Of a stretch of 64,000 nucleotides of DNA, positions 53,095 through 63,231 are shown piece after piece (the stretch's first letter is position 1; every line of letters begins with the position of its first letter). This DNA comes from Acidobacteriota bacterium (lineage in GTDB: Bacteria > Acidobacteriota > UBA6911 > RPQK01 > JAJDTT01). The stretch lies in the NCBI GenBank assembly GCA_965231825.1, contig OZ246889.1, positions 4,697,859-4,761,858 of the forward strand. Reading direction: 5' to 3'. The position numbers and the translations under genes were made by a program. The notes beneath the pieces were generated by a model. That model was not told the origin of the DNA and searched no databases. It worked only from the letters and a program-made list of their open reading frames with translations.

Positions 53095-54879
53095 TCAGAA
53101 CCGGACCGTGACTCCTCCCCGAACAGACATTGGGTTCTGGGCCAGAACGACGCTTCCACCCGGACCGTTCGAGACCATGCCAAGGTCCTCATTGGTGAGA
53201 TTGCGGATATCCAGAAGCGCTTCGATCCGGCGCCCGTTGAGGAAGTCCAGACCGAGGAAACTCAAGACACTGTCGGGAATGGGGATGATTTGACGAATAA
53301 AAAGATTCAGGCCCTTGTTGCCGGTCTCGTAGGCATCCGAGAGCGCGTCCAAGGGGGTCACGGGGTCGCCGTCAGTCACGAACTTGACCACGGCCGTCAA
53401 CTCGGTCCGAGTCGTCGGAATGATCACACCCAACTCGGTGTCGACGGCGCCGTAGCCCGTTCTCTTCAACAGGCTGCCGATATCCGCCGTTTCCACCACC
53501 AGGGTATACCCGGTGGGAACCACACTGACGGCCGAGCCGCGGATGTAGGAAACGCCGGCACGAACATTCCGGGTGATCCCCTGCCGCAACGTCAACCGAT
53601 TGCCCCAGGTCCGGGCCTGATCGTCCGTGAGCCGGACCAGATCCGGGTCCGGGGAACTCGTGAAGAAAGCCATGAAGGGTACGGTTCCGCCGAAGAACTG
53701 GTCCTGAAAGCGGGCCAACTCCAACTCGGTGTTTTCCCAGAGCTGGTAAGCCAGACTTCCCCGATAGTGGCGCGTGGTGCCGAACTCCAATCGATTGTCG
53801 ACCCACGAGATCTTGACGGCATCCGAGAGACCCACGGTACGGCCGTCCTCCAAGGTCACGGAATTCTGGTAGAGGGTTGGCCGCTTCGACGCCATGGTCA
53901 CCCGCAAACGAGCACGGGGAACAGGCCGCAGGGTCATTTCGGCGCTCGGACTCAGGGTCGAATAGTTGTAGGTCGATCGAACCCTGTTCAACTCGAGGCC
54001 CCAAGTCAGGGCCAGAGTGTCTCCCCACGAGAATCTGTCTTCGAAACCCACGCTGAGGATGTTGGTGGTGCCGGCGGCATTGGTGAAATCAACGTCACGG
54101 CCGAGGGCCCCGGGATTCCCCAACAGGGCCATTCTGGGCTGATGGACACCAATCCGGCCATGACCCAGAAACACCCTCACCGAATGGCGATCACTCAGCG
54201 ACTGGTCCATGAACGCCTTGATTCGCCAGAGCGAATCTTCGCCCGAATTCAACTGGCCTGCGAAGATGTAGTCGCGGCCGCCGGGAAGCCTTTGCACCAT
54301 CCCGAAATTCGCTGTGGTCGCTCCGGCTGAGTCGTCGGGAAGGCGGAGATAGTCTCCACCATGGCCGGCGCTGGAATAGACCTGGAAAACCGCGCTCTCA
54401 AACCAAGGGTTGGTTCGTCCCTCCCGCAACTCGGGAATATGGCGGAAAATGAGCCTCGGGTCGGCATTGCGAAGCAGCGCCTTGAAGCTGACGTTGCGCC
54501 CTCCCAACCCTTCGACGTCCAGCAACTCCTGTAACACCAGGGTCATCACGGCCGTCTGTCCGGGAAGAATCTCCACCGGACCGGCCTTTCGCACCGCGTA
54601 CTGACTGCTCTTGACCAGGACCCTGTAGGAACCCGCCCTCATATTCTTGAAGAACAGCCGGCCCGAATCGTCGCTACGGGTCAGAACCGGCAAGCCCTCG
54701 TCGGAGGAGCTTTCCGTCAGCGTCACCAGAATATCGGAGACCGGGAGCCCGGATTCGTCCTGCACCAGACCGAGGAGTTGTCCCCGGGCGGACGCATGAG
54801 CCGGCACTCCGGACAGAGCCAGGAGAACACCGAGAACAAACAGGCGTACTGGCAGGCGACCTATTGAAGGACAGGTCAT
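53095..54879 (-). CDS. outer-membrane beta-barrel protein, TonB-dependent-receptor-like with carboxypeptidase-regulatory-like N-terminal domain
   Basis: Signal peptide. N-terminal segment ...VTLTESS...GSYRVLVK. C-terminal ...GVTVRF with a terminal aromatic residue. 594 aa is short for a canonical TBDR and no clear plug domain was identified. Confidence 0.5.
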   Translation of the reverse strand: MTCPSIGRLPVRLFVLGVLLALSGVPAHASARGQLLGLVQDESGLPVSDILVTLTESSSDEGLPVLTRSDDSGRLFFKNMRAGSYRVLVKSSQYAVRKAGPVEILPGQTAVMTLVLQELLDVEGLGGRNVSFKALLRNADPRLIFRHIPELREGRTNPWFESAVFQVYSSAGHGGDYLRLPDDSAGATTANFGMVQRLPGGRDYIFAGQLNSGEDSLWRIKAFMDQSLSDRHSVRVFLGHGRIGVHQPRMALLGNPGALGRDVDFTNAAGTTNILSVGFEDRFSWGDTLALTWGLELNRVRSTYNYSTLSPSAEMTLRPVPRARLRVTMASKRPTLYQNSVTLEDGRTVGLSDAVKISWVDNRLEFGTTRHYRGSLAYQLWENTELELARFQDQFFGGTVPFMAFFTSSPDPDLVRLTDDQARTWGNRLTLRQGITRNVRAGVSYIRGSAVSVVPTGYTLVVETADIGSLLKRTGYGAVDTELGVIIPTTRTELTAVVKFVTDGDPVTPLDALSDAYETGNKGLNLFIRQIIPIPDSVLSFLGLDFLNGRRIEALLDIRNLTNEDLGMVSNGPGGSVVLAQNPMSVRGGVTVRF

Positions 54880-55060
54880 AAGTTTTCTTTCAATTCCACA
54901 TTCTAGGCATCATCACGAATTTAGTCAATTCGCCGTCCCATTTTGAATCCAAGGGTCTTCCCCCATTCGCCTCAGTCACTCTTCGCGCCATCCCGTTTCG
55001 CTATTGATTGCGAGTGTATACTCCGGTCATGATTCCCGTCCTCATTCCAACTCTGGTTCC

Positions 55061-55819
55061 ATGATCGTCCATGGGATCCATGCCGTCCGGGAGGCATTGG
55101 CTGCGGAGAATCCCAAGGTCGAGAAGATTCTGATCCGGAGACGGAGACTGAATCCAAGACTGCAGGAAATCGTCGAGGCAGCTCGCCACCGCGGAATTCC
55201 GATCCAATTCGAGGCCGCGCCCCGGGCTTCGGCCGCCAAAGGGCGACAGCGTCACTCAGAGGTCTCTGCCCGGGTTTCCGGCGCCTCTCCGGTCCCTCTC
55301 GATCGGATCCTGAGTCAGCAGCCAGGACTGTTGCTCGCCGTTGACGGCGTCCAGGACCCAAACAATCTCGGCGCCCTCCTGAGAACGGCGGAGGCGGTCG
55401 GCGTCGACGGAGTCCTGATCCCGCGGCGCCGTTCCTGTTCCATCACTTCCAGCGTGGTCACCTCCAGCGCCGGAGCCGCCCTTCATCTGAAGATCTGCCG
55501 CGTTTCCAACTTGTCTCGCACGCTGGACCAACTCAAGCAGGCGGGATTCTGGATCGTGGGTTTGGACCCGAAAGGATCGACCAGCCTGAACCAGATCGAC
55601 GCCACCCTGCGCCTGATCGTGGTCGTGGGCGGTGAACACCAGGGTCTGCGCCGGCTCGTGCGCCGGAAGTGCGACTTCCTCGCAGCCCTGCCCATGCAGG
55701 GACGGGTCGCATCCCTGAACCTGTCGGTGGCGGCGGGAGTCCTGCTCTACCACCTGTCTCTTCGCCGGACTAGCCAGGCTCCAGAATCAGGTTCCTCCAC
55801 CGATCCACGCGACCCCTGA
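55061..55819 (+). CDS. rlmB: 23S rRNA (guanosine-2'-O)-methyltransferase RlmB (SpoU/TrmH family)
   Basis: MIVHGIHAVREAL... (N-terminal substrate-binding domain) and LLLAVDGVQDPNNLGALLRTAEAVG (SPOUT motif). Confidence 0.8.
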   Translation: MIVHGIHAVREALAAENPKVEKILIRRRRLNPRLQEIVEAARHRGIPIQFEAAPRASAAKGRQRHSEVSARVSGASPVPLDRILSQQPGLLLAVDGVQDPNNLGALLRTAEAVGVDGVLIPRRRSCSITSSVVTSSAGAALHLKICRVSNLSRTLDQLKQAGFWIVGLDPKGSTSLNQIDATLRLIVVVGGEHQGLRRLVRRKCDFLAALPMQGRVASLNLSVAAGVLLYHLSLRRTSQAPESGSSTDPRDP

Positions 55820-57788
55820 ATCCGGGAGGAATCAAAGTGGTGCCGCTGTATTCGCTGATCACGGCGGGCGACCTGAGCCGAGTCCCGGGCTTTAGCCGGT
55901 CGCGATCGTAGAAGCGGGTCATGCGGCGCCTCCCCCCGAAGAGGACCTTTCTTTTCTCTTCGGCGGCGGCCCGGGGCGGCTTCTTCGGGATGTTGGCAGC
56001 TTCCGGAAGCGGCAGTTCGGCGTGGTTGCCCGCGGCCCGAACCCGCAAAGTCACCACTTCCACCGTGAGATCAGGATTGGAATATCCGTAGAGCCTCTCA
56101 TGCTTCTTGTGAAAAGCTCGCAGCAGGTTCCGCGAGTAGGGAACGTTGATTTCGTAACCCTGCCCCAGGTACCGGAGGTCCACGCTCCGCTGGATCTCGA
56201 TCCGCTCCTCCGGGAACCCATCCTGAGCCAACTGGCGGCGCGCCTGATCCATCAGGGGCGCCATCCTCTTCTGGAGGCGACGTGACACGTTGGCATTGCG
56301 GAAAGCCAGGCGGACCGTACGCGAGAGATCCCGGACGACCTGCGAGTCCATCATTCCCCAGGCGGAGACCAGACCCGGGCTGGGAGGGATCATGATCCGC
56401 GGAATCATCAGAGATCGAGCCAGCTCGCAGGCATGGAGCCCGCCCGCGCCGCCGTAGCTCACCAGGGTGAAGTCCCGGGTGTCGTGGCCCTTTTCCAGAG
56501 AGATCATCCGCAAGGCCGTCTCCATTTGGGTGTTTGCGATCTTGATGATTCCCTCAGCAAGTTCCTCGGGTGACCAGGCATGCTCCTGGAGCTGGCTTGC
56601 AAGCTGTTTCATGTACCTGGGCAGCCGTCCTGCATCGAGTTTCATCTCTCCGCCCAGAAAGCGTTCGGAGTCGATTCTGCCCAAATAGAGGTTGGCGTCG
56701 GTCACGGTGAGGTTCCGTCCCCGTCCGTAGCAGACGGGACCTGGACTGGACCCGGCGCTCCTGGGGCCCACCCGCAGCAGCCCCCCGGGATCGACCCAGG
56801 CGATGGAGCCGCCGCCCGCGCCGACGGACCGGATGGGGATCATCTGCACGGGCAGAGGAAACCGGTCCACCTCGGCCTCGCGGGTGCTGGGAACACGCTG
56901 GTCACAGAGGCAGACGTCGGTGGAAGTCCCCCCCATGTCCAGAGTGATGATCCGGTCGTAGCCCGCCTGCCGGGCCAGCTTGAAGGCTCCTGCGACTCCT
57001 CCTGCCGGCCCCGAAAAAAGAGTTCGCACCGGATCGACAGAAGTCGAGGAAAGGGGTGCGGTCCCACCATTGGATTGCATGATGGTGAGACGGCCCTGCC
57101 CCAGCACCGGACTCGAGTTCAAAGCTTCCAGGTAGCGGTTGACCACCGGAGTCAGGTAGGCGTTGATGACGGTCGCCGACGTTCGTTCGTATTCGCGGAA
57201 CTCGGGCAGGACGCGGCTGGAGAGACTGACCGGTATTCCCGTGTCACGCAGCGCCTTGCCGACGAGTTCCTCGTGACGTGGATTGACATAGCTGTGCAGC
57301 AGGACGACGGCGATGGCCTGGGGCGACTGGCGCCGCACCCTTTCCAGGAGCCGGTCCAGAGCCTCCCGTTTCAGCGGTTCCAGACGAGTTCCGTCGTGAA
57401 GCGTCCGTTCCTCGAGACCGAAGCGCCGGCTGCGGGGAACCAGCGGCGTGATCCGGGGCGCGGTCAGACTGTACAGGTGGGCCCGGTTCTGGCGCCCGAT
57501 CTCCAGAACGTCCTGGAAACCCTGGGTCGTCACCAGAAGAATCTTGGCCCCCTTGCGCTCCAGCAACGCATTGGTGCCGACGGTGAAGCCGTGTTGAACC
57601 AGGGCGGGCGCGTCCCCGAGAACCCGGGCCAACCCCTCCAGAACTGCTTGTTCCGGCGTCGCCGGTGTCGAGGGCAGCTTCAGGAATTCGATCCGGCCCT
57701 CACGGCAGACCACGAAATCGGTGAAGGTGCCGCCGGTGTCGATCCCGACCCGCAGCAAAGACCCAGGATCGCCCAGACTCTCCATCAC
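55770..57788 (-). CDS. hydantoinase/oxoprolinase family protein (HyuA-type, N-methylhydantoinase A-like)
   Basis: VGIDTGGTFTDFV N-terminal ATPase motif. 672 aa. No adjacent HyuB-type partner in the window. Confidence 0.8.
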   Translation of the reverse strand: MMESLGDPGSLLRVGIDTGGTFTDFVVCREGRIEFLKLPSTPATPEQAVLEGLARVLGDAPALVQHGFTVGTNALLERKGAKILLVTTQGFQDVLEIGRQNRAHLYSLTAPRITPLVPRSRRFGLEERTLHDGTRLEPLKREALDRLLERVRRQSPQAIAVVLLHSYVNPRHEELVGKALRDTGIPVSLSSRVLPEFREYERTSATVINAYLTPVVNRYLEALNSSPVLGQGRLTIMQSNGGTAPLSSTSVDPVRTLFSGPAGGVAGAFKLARQAGYDRIITLDMGGTSTDVCLCDQRVPSTREAEVDRFPLPVQMIPIRSVGAGGGSIAWVDPGGLLRVGPRSAGSSPGPVCYGRGRNLTVTDANLYLGRIDSERFLGGEMKLDAGRLPRYMKQLASQLQEHAWSPEELAEGIIKIANTQMETALRMISLEKGHDTRDFTLVSYGGAGGLHACELARSLMIPRIMIPPSPGLVSAWGMMDSQVVRDLSRTVRLAFRNANVSRRLQKRMAPLMDQARRQLAQDGFPEERIEIQRSVDLRYLGQGYEINVPYSRNLLRAFHKKHERLYGYSNPDLTVEVVTLRVRAAGNHAELPLPEAANIPKKPPRAAAEEKRKVLFGGRRRMTRFYDRDRLKPGTRLRSPAVISEYSGTTLIPPGFRGRVDRWRNLILEPG

Positions 57789-57951
57789 GTGCTGTCCCGA
57801 GTTTGCCCTTTCTATCGAATTCCGGCGCCGCGGCAGGATACCCGTCCTTTCCCTGTCATCCGGTTCAGGCCGGAGAAGGTGCTACAATACCGAAGATTCG
57901 GGAAACCTGACAAGCGTGCCCCGGGGCGCTATCCGACCCTCAGCCGGCATC

Positions 57952-60159
57952 ATGAAGCGGCTCGAACGACTCCGGAGAATCTACTGGACGGGAGCGCTTC
58001 TCGCCGTCTCCGCGCTCTTGGTCATCGTCGCCATTCTCTTTCTGAACCCGACCTCCGTCGGCAACCCCCGGTTCGTCTCGAATCTGACTCTCTGGTCCGC
58101 GGTCTGGGCCATCTACTTCATTGTCGCTCTGACCCTTCTGTTCATCTTCGCCCGGAACCTCATCAAGCTGCTCTTCGAGCATCGATCCAGCCGGGGGCGC
58201 ACTCGTCTGAAGCAGAAGCTGGTGCTGACCCTGACCATCATTTCCCTCTTTCCGGCGCTGATACTCTTTTTCGTGGCGTCCGGTCTCATCAACACAAATC
58301 TCGATTTTTGGTTCAGTTCCCCCACCGAAGACCTTCTGAAATCGGCTGAAACCATTGCCTCCAACTATTACGAAGAGAAGAAGACCGGGAGCCTGATTGC
58401 GGCGCGCGTTCTTGCCGCGGAGATCGATTGGAGCCGCTTCACGCCAGACTCAGCACCGCCCGGACGCTTGGCGGAACTGGGGTTCGACGGCCTGATTCTG
58501 GTGGATCGGAACCGGACGATCCGATTCCGGCAGGGTGATTGGGCGGAGGCATCGTGGGACCCTGCCCTGGATCAGATCCTGGAAGGCAGGGAGTACTTCG
58601 CGGTCTCCAAACGGGCCGACCGGAACCGGGGCCGATTCGTCGACCGAGGATTGGTAGCGGCTCCGGCCCGAGGTTCCGATGGCGCGGTACTGGGGGGCTT
58701 GGTGGCCGGTTTCGTCCTGCCCGACAGCGTCACATTCCACACTACGGAAGTGCAGACTGCGGTGGAGAGGCACCGCCAGTTGATGAGCAGCCGGCAAGAG
58801 TTCGAAAACAACTATTTCTTGATCATGGCGGTCACCACCCTCGTCGTGGTGGTCGTTTTCGTCTGGCTGGGCACCTATATGGCCCGGAGAATCACGGTGC
58901 CGCTGGAGGCCCTGGCCAAGGGCGCGCGGGAGCTTGCCGAAGGGAACCTGGACCACCGGGTGGAGCAGAAGGCGGTGGACGAGTTGGGGATCCTGGTGGA
59001 CTCCTTCAACCGGATGGCCGACGAGATCCATCATAGCCGCCACCGTTTGGAGCAGGCCAACGCCGAGCTGCAGGAAACCAACGAGCGTCTTGATGAACGC
59101 CGCAGCTATATCGAGACGATTCTCGAAAACATCGCCGCCGGGGTGGTGAGCGTGGACCGAAACGACGTGATTCGCACCGCCAACAAGGCCGCCATGGAAA
59201 TGTTCGGAGCGGGACCGGAGCAGATCCTGAACCGGCCCTTGACCCGCGTTCTGGAGCCGGACGTCCATGCCGATTTTCAGGACATGAAGAACCGCGTGAG
59301 CCTGTTCAGCAAGGACCGGCGGCGGGTCAACTTCAAGCGGGGTCCGGGGCAACTGCCGCTCACCGTCACCGCGACCACCACGAACCTGCCGTTCAAGAAT
59401 GGCGTCGAGCACGTGGTCGTCCTGGACGACCTCACGGAACTGATCCGGGCTGAGAAATTCGCCGCCTGGCAGGAGGTCGCAAGACGGCTGGCTCACGAGA
59501 TCAAGAACCCGCTGACCCCGATTCAGCTCTCGGCCGACCGCATCCGGAACCGCTTCCACAGGATCGAGAAAACCCTCCCCAAGACTCGAGAAACCCGCGC
59601 CTTTGGAGAGGCGTTGACAGAAGCGACCACACTGATCGCCGCAGAGGCGGCTACACTCAAGACCCTGGTCGAGGAATTCTCCCGTTTCGCACGGCTTCCC
59701 AGCTGCCATCCCGTGGAGGTCGATCCGGCCAAACTCGTGGAACAGATCCTCGCCCGCTACGACGGGGCCTTGAAGAGCGTCGGGGTGAGCACCCGTTTCG
59801 ACCCCAGAATCAAGACCGTGCGCTGGGACCCGGTCCAGATCCAGCGGGTCTTCGTCAACCTGATCGACAACTCCCTTGACGCCCTGGTCGAGGTCAAGGG
59901 GCGCCGCCAAATCGGAATTTGCAGCCGCTACAATCACGCTCGAGGTTCGGTGATGGTGGAATTCGAAGACAACGGAACCGGGATCGCCGCGGAAGACTAT
60001 GAGAATCTCTTCCTCCCCTACTTCTCCACCAAGAAGAGGGGCACAGGCCTGGGGTTGGCCATCGTGAGACAGATCGTCTCCGAACACAACGGTTTCATCC
60101 GGGCGGAACGGAACGAGCCCCGCGGCACCCGCTTCATCATGGAGTTTCCGTACGTATGA
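57952..60159 (+). CDS. NtrY-like sensor histidine kinase (TM domain, HAMP, PAS, HisKA, HATPase)
   Basis: H-box LAHEIKNPL. N/G boxes: NLIDNSLDA, DNGTGI, GTGLGL. The start is chosen at ATG 57952 (MKRLERL...). Confidence 0.8.
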   Translation: MKRLERLRRIYWTGALLAVSALLVIVAILFLNPTSVGNPRFVSNLTLWSAVWAIYFIVALTLLFIFARNLIKLLFEHRSSRGRTRLKQKLVLTLTIISLFPALILFFVASGLINTNLDFWFSSPTEDLLKSAETIASNYYEEKKTGSLIAARVLAAEIDWSRFTPDSAPPGRLAELGFDGLILVDRNRTIRFRQGDWAEASWDPALDQILEGREYFAVSKRADRNRGRFVDRGLVAAPARGSDGAVLGGLVAGFVLPDSVTFHTTEVQTAVERHRQLMSSRQEFENNYFLIMAVTTLVVVVVFVWLGTYMARRITVPLEALAKGARELAEGNLDHRVEQKAVDELGILVDSFNRMADEIHHSRHRLEQANAELQETNERLDERRSYIETILENIAAGVVSVDRNDVIRTANKAAMEMFGAGPEQILNRPLTRVLEPDVHADFQDMKNRVSLFSKDRRRVNFKRGPGQLPLTVTATTTNLPFKNGVEHVVVLDDLTELIRAEKFAAWQEVARRLAHEIKNPLTPIQLSADRIRNRFHRIEKTLPKTRETRAFGEALTEATTLIAAEAATLKTLVEEFSRFARLPSCHPVEVDPAKLVEQILARYDGALKSVGVSTRFDPRIKTVRWDPVQIQRVFVNLIDNSLDALVEVKGRRQIGICSRYNHARGSVMVEFEDNGTGIAAEDYENLFLPYFSTKKRGTGLGLAIVRQIVSEHNGFIRAERNEPRGTRFIMEFPYV

Positions 60160-61628
60160 TCGACACTGTCGGCAAGACGCTGGGGCTCGATCCGATCAGG
60201 ACCGGACGCCACCCCGGAATCCGACTGTTGATCGTAGACGACAACCGGAGCGTGCTCCGTTCGCTGGACGGCGTCCTGAGAGACGAGGGCTACCTGGTGG
60301 ACACGGCGGCCAGCGCCGAGGAAGGGCTGCGGCTCGTGGACAGGACCACTTACGACGCCATCTTCCTGGACGTCTGGTTGCCCGGCATGGACGGGATCGA
60401 TGCGCTCAAGCGGATTCGATCCCGGCGCCCGCGGCAGTACGTCATCATGATCTCCGGCCACGGCACCATCGAGACTGCGGTCCGGGCCACCAAGCTGGGG
60501 GCGTACGACTTCATCGAGAAACCGCTGGCCCGCGACAAGGTCCTGCTGGTGCTGGGCCATGCCCTGAAGCAGAAACGCCTGGAGACGGAAAACCGGAGTC
60601 TGAAGGACCTGATCCGGCAGGATACGGTGATGATCGGCACTTCGGTGCCGATGCAGGCGCTGCGGCAACAGATCGATTTCGCCGCCCCCACGGAGGGACG
60701 GGTGGTCATTTACGGCGAGAACGGCACCGGCAAAGAACTGGTGGCGCGGCTGCTCCACCTCAACAGCGCGCGGCGGGAGGGCCCGTTCGTCGAAGTCAAC
60801 TGTGCGGCCATACCGGACGACCTGATCGAGAGCGAGCTGTTCGGCAGCGTCAAGGGCGGGTTCACCGGATCAACTGAGAACCGGAAGGGGCGTTTCGAGC
60901 TGGCCGACGGCGGAACGCTCTTTCTGGACGAAGTGGCGGACATGAGTCTCAAGACCCAGGCCCGGGTTCTGAGGGTACTGGAGGATCAACGGTTTTATGC
61001 GGTGGGCAGCCAGCGGCCCACCGAGGTGAATACGCGCGTCCTGGCGGCAACCAACAAGGACCTGGAGAAGGAGATCGATACCGGCCTGTTCCGGGAGGAT
61101 CTCTATTTCCGGCTCAACGTCATCCCCTTCGAAGTCCCGCCGCTACGAGAGCGCAGGGAGGACATCCCTCAGCTTCTGGACTATTTCATGGAGGTGCTCA
61201 GCCCCCATCACGGGAAACCGGGAAAGGTCATTCCGCCAGAAGTCCGGGAACGGCTTCTCCATTACCATTGGCCGGGCAACGTCCGAGAGCTGCGCAACAT
61301 GGTCGAGCGTTGGATTATCATGGTTCCAGGTGGCCGGGTGGAGCTTTCGGACCTACCCCGGTCGATCCTGGACGGATCCGGCGCCTCCCGGCTGGAGTCC
61401 CGGAGCTGGCAGGAGGCCCGCGCGGCGTTCGAGTCCGATTTCCTGACCCGAAGGCTGCGGGAAAATGGCGGCAACATTTCCCGGACCGCTGCCGAGATCG
61501 GGATGGAACGCAGTCATCTGCACCGGAAACTCAAGACCTACGGGATCAGCGTCGGCGCCTCCCGCGGAAAGCGCGGGGGCCGCCAGGCTGCCAGGAGGCT
61601 CCGGATGCCGCCCGGGGACGGAGTGTGA
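60156..61628 (+). CDS. NtrX-like sigma-54-dependent response regulator
   Basis: REC domain, GENGTGKE Walker A and GGFTGS. Overlaps the kinase gene by 4 bp. Confidence 0.85.
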   Translation: MIDTVGKTLGLDPIRTGRHPGIRLLIVDDNRSVLRSLDGVLRDEGYLVDTAASAEEGLRLVDRTTYDAIFLDVWLPGMDGIDALKRIRSRRPRQYVIMISGHGTIETAVRATKLGAYDFIEKPLARDKVLLVLGHALKQKRLETENRSLKDLIRQDTVMIGTSVPMQALRQQIDFAAPTEGRVVIYGENGTGKELVARLLHLNSARREGPFVEVNCAAIPDDLIESELFGSVKGGFTGSTENRKGRFELADGGTLFLDEVADMSLKTQARVLRVLEDQRFYAVGSQRPTEVNTRVLAATNKDLEKEIDTGLFREDLYFRLNVIPFEVPPLRERREDIPQLLDYFMEVLSPHHGKPGKVIPPEVRERLLHYHWPGNVRELRNMVERWIIMVPGGRVELSDLPRSILDGSGASRLESRSWQEARAAFESDFLTRRLRENGGNISRTAAEIGMERSHLHRKLKTYGISVGASRGKRGGRQAARRLRMPPGDGV

Positions 61629-61656
61629 GCCGCTGACCGATTCGAGCTCGAGAAAC

Positions 61657-62562
61657 ATGCACGCATTGATGGAATCCTTCATCGCCCATTTGAGATTCGA
61701 GAAGAACTACTCTCCCCACACCGTGGAGAGCTACTCCCGCGACCTCAAACAATTCCTCAGCCACCTGACTGCCGGCCGAACCGACAGAAAGATCAAGCCC
61801 TCCGATCTGGATCACATCACCATCCGGGAGTTTCTGAGCCGGTTGAGCCAGGCGGGGAACCAGAAAGTGACCATCGCTCGAAAACTGTCGGTATTGCGGT
61901 CCTTCTTCCGCTACCTCTACCGGGAGGGGCATCTGGATCAGAACCCGGCCAAGTTGGTTCGGACTCCCCGCCAGCCACTCAAAACGCCCCGTTTTCTCTC
62001 TATTGCGGAGATCGAATCCATTCTGGCTCTGCCCCCGGCAGCGACTTCGAAGGGACTTCGGGACCGCGCCATCCTCGAACTCCTCTATGCCAGCGGCCTG
62101 CGCGTGGGAGAGCTGGTGGGCCTGAACCTGATCGATCTCTCCATGACCCGCCAACTGGTACGCGTCCGGGGAAAGGGCAACAAGGAGCGCGTCGTCCCCT
62201 TTGGAGAGCCTTCCCGGGCGAGTCTGGCCGCCTACCTGGAGGCCCGGCGGCGCATCCTGGCCAGTCGCAAGGACAGTCCCGAAACCCCGGCCCTGTTCCT
62301 GAACCTTCGCGGCGGCCGTCTCAGCGCTCGCTCGGTCCAGAGGAACCTGGGAACGTACATTGGGCAAGCTGCCTTGCTACTGGACGTCCATCCTCACCTG
62401 CTGCGCCATTCTTTCGCCACGCATCTGCTCAACAACGGCGCCGACCTTCGCTCGATTCAGGAACTCCTGGGACACGAGAGCCTCTCCACCACTCAGCGCT
62501 ACACCCATGTCTCCATCGAGCATCTGCAGAAGGTCTACCGAGCCGCCCACCCCAAGGCCTGA
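61657..62562 (+). CDS. xerC: tyrosine recombinase XerC/XerD family
   Basis: ...LLRHSFATHLL...LLGHESLSTTQRYTHV. The catalytic R-H-R-Y context is present. The start is at ATG 61657. Confidence 0.85.
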   Translation: MHALMESFIAHLRFEKNYSPHTVESYSRDLKQFLSHLTAGRTDRKIKPSDLDHITIREFLSRLSQAGNQKVTIARKLSVLRSFFRYLYREGHLDQNPAKLVRTPRQPLKTPRFLSIAEIESILALPPAATSKGLRDRAILELLYASGLRVGELVGLNLIDLSMTRQLVRVRGKGNKERVVPFGEPSRASLAAYLEARRRILASRKDSPETPALFLNLRGGRLSARSVQRNLGTYIGQAALLLDVHPHLLRHSFATHLLNNGADLRSIQELLGHESLSTTQRYTHVSIEHLQKVYRAAHPKA

Positions 62563-62738
62563 CCTGCGGCGGCGTAGCCCGCTTCGTTCCATACCGGAGC
62601 AAGACCCGGACAACAAAAGATTCGGCGGCCGGCAAACTACCGTTGAGGCGAAGAATTTTTAGTTCCGGCCAAGGCGGGTTTACGAATGAGAAGTGAGAGT
62701 AGAGGATCTCGCCAACCGGTCCCTTCCCCCGCGTCAGG

Positions 62739-62768
62739 TTGCCAGACGGCACTCTTCTCTGCTAGATT
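62739..62768 (+). promoter_or_regulatory. candidate sigma70-type promoter for rpsO (TTGCCA-N18-TAGATT)
   Basis: ttgcca at 62739-44 and tagatt at 62763-68, ~23 nt upstream of the rpsO ATG. Found by sequence pattern only. Confidence 0.3.
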
Positions 62769-62790
62769 GGCGCGCGAACGAAGAAGAAAG

Positions 62791-63057
62791 ATGTTGACGA
62801 AGGAACAGAAAGAAGAGCTCATCAGAGGCTACCAGCTGCACGGCACCGATACCGGCTCGCCCGAAGTCCAGGTCGCCATTCTGAGCCACCGAATCGGCTA
62901 CCTCACTGAACACTTCAAGTCCCACAAAAAAGACCATCATTCCCGGCGGGGACTCCTGAAACTCGTCGGCCAGAGGCGGCGGCTTCTGGACTATCTGAAA
63001 CGGATGGACTTCGTCCGCTACAAGGAGTTGATCGGTCGTCTGGGAATTCGTAAGTGA
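62791..63057 (+). CDS. rpsO: 30S ribosomal protein S15
   Basis: [69 protein letters not shown] is a near-canonical S15. Confidence 0.92.
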   Translation: MLTKEQKEELIRGYQLHGTDTGSPEVQVAILSHRIGYLTEHFKSHKKDHHSRRGLLKLVGQRRRLLDYLKRMDFVRYKELIGRLGIRK

Positions 63058-63231
63058 ACAGGGGTACACCCGACCACAGAGGTTCGAATTCTTGACCGCG
63101 GCGACCCTCCGGCAACCGGCTTCCGAGCCGGACGGGAATCGGCTCCCTCACTCCCGGTGAGAATCTGCTCTCCCGATAGCCGCAGTGGTTTCGATCGCTT
63201 TCACACACCCTAATAGTTCTAAGGAGAAATA

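Noticed and set aside
53290-54330. 346-aa plus-strand ORF opposite the TonB-dependent-receptor-like gene
   Set aside because: Antisense shadow ORF. The minus-strand frame has a signal peptide and a C-terminal barrel signature.
56580-58349. 589-aa plus-strand ORF spanning the hyuA/ntrY-like boundary
   Set aside because: Antisense to hyuA for most of its length and out of frame with the kinase. Composition is non-protein-like.
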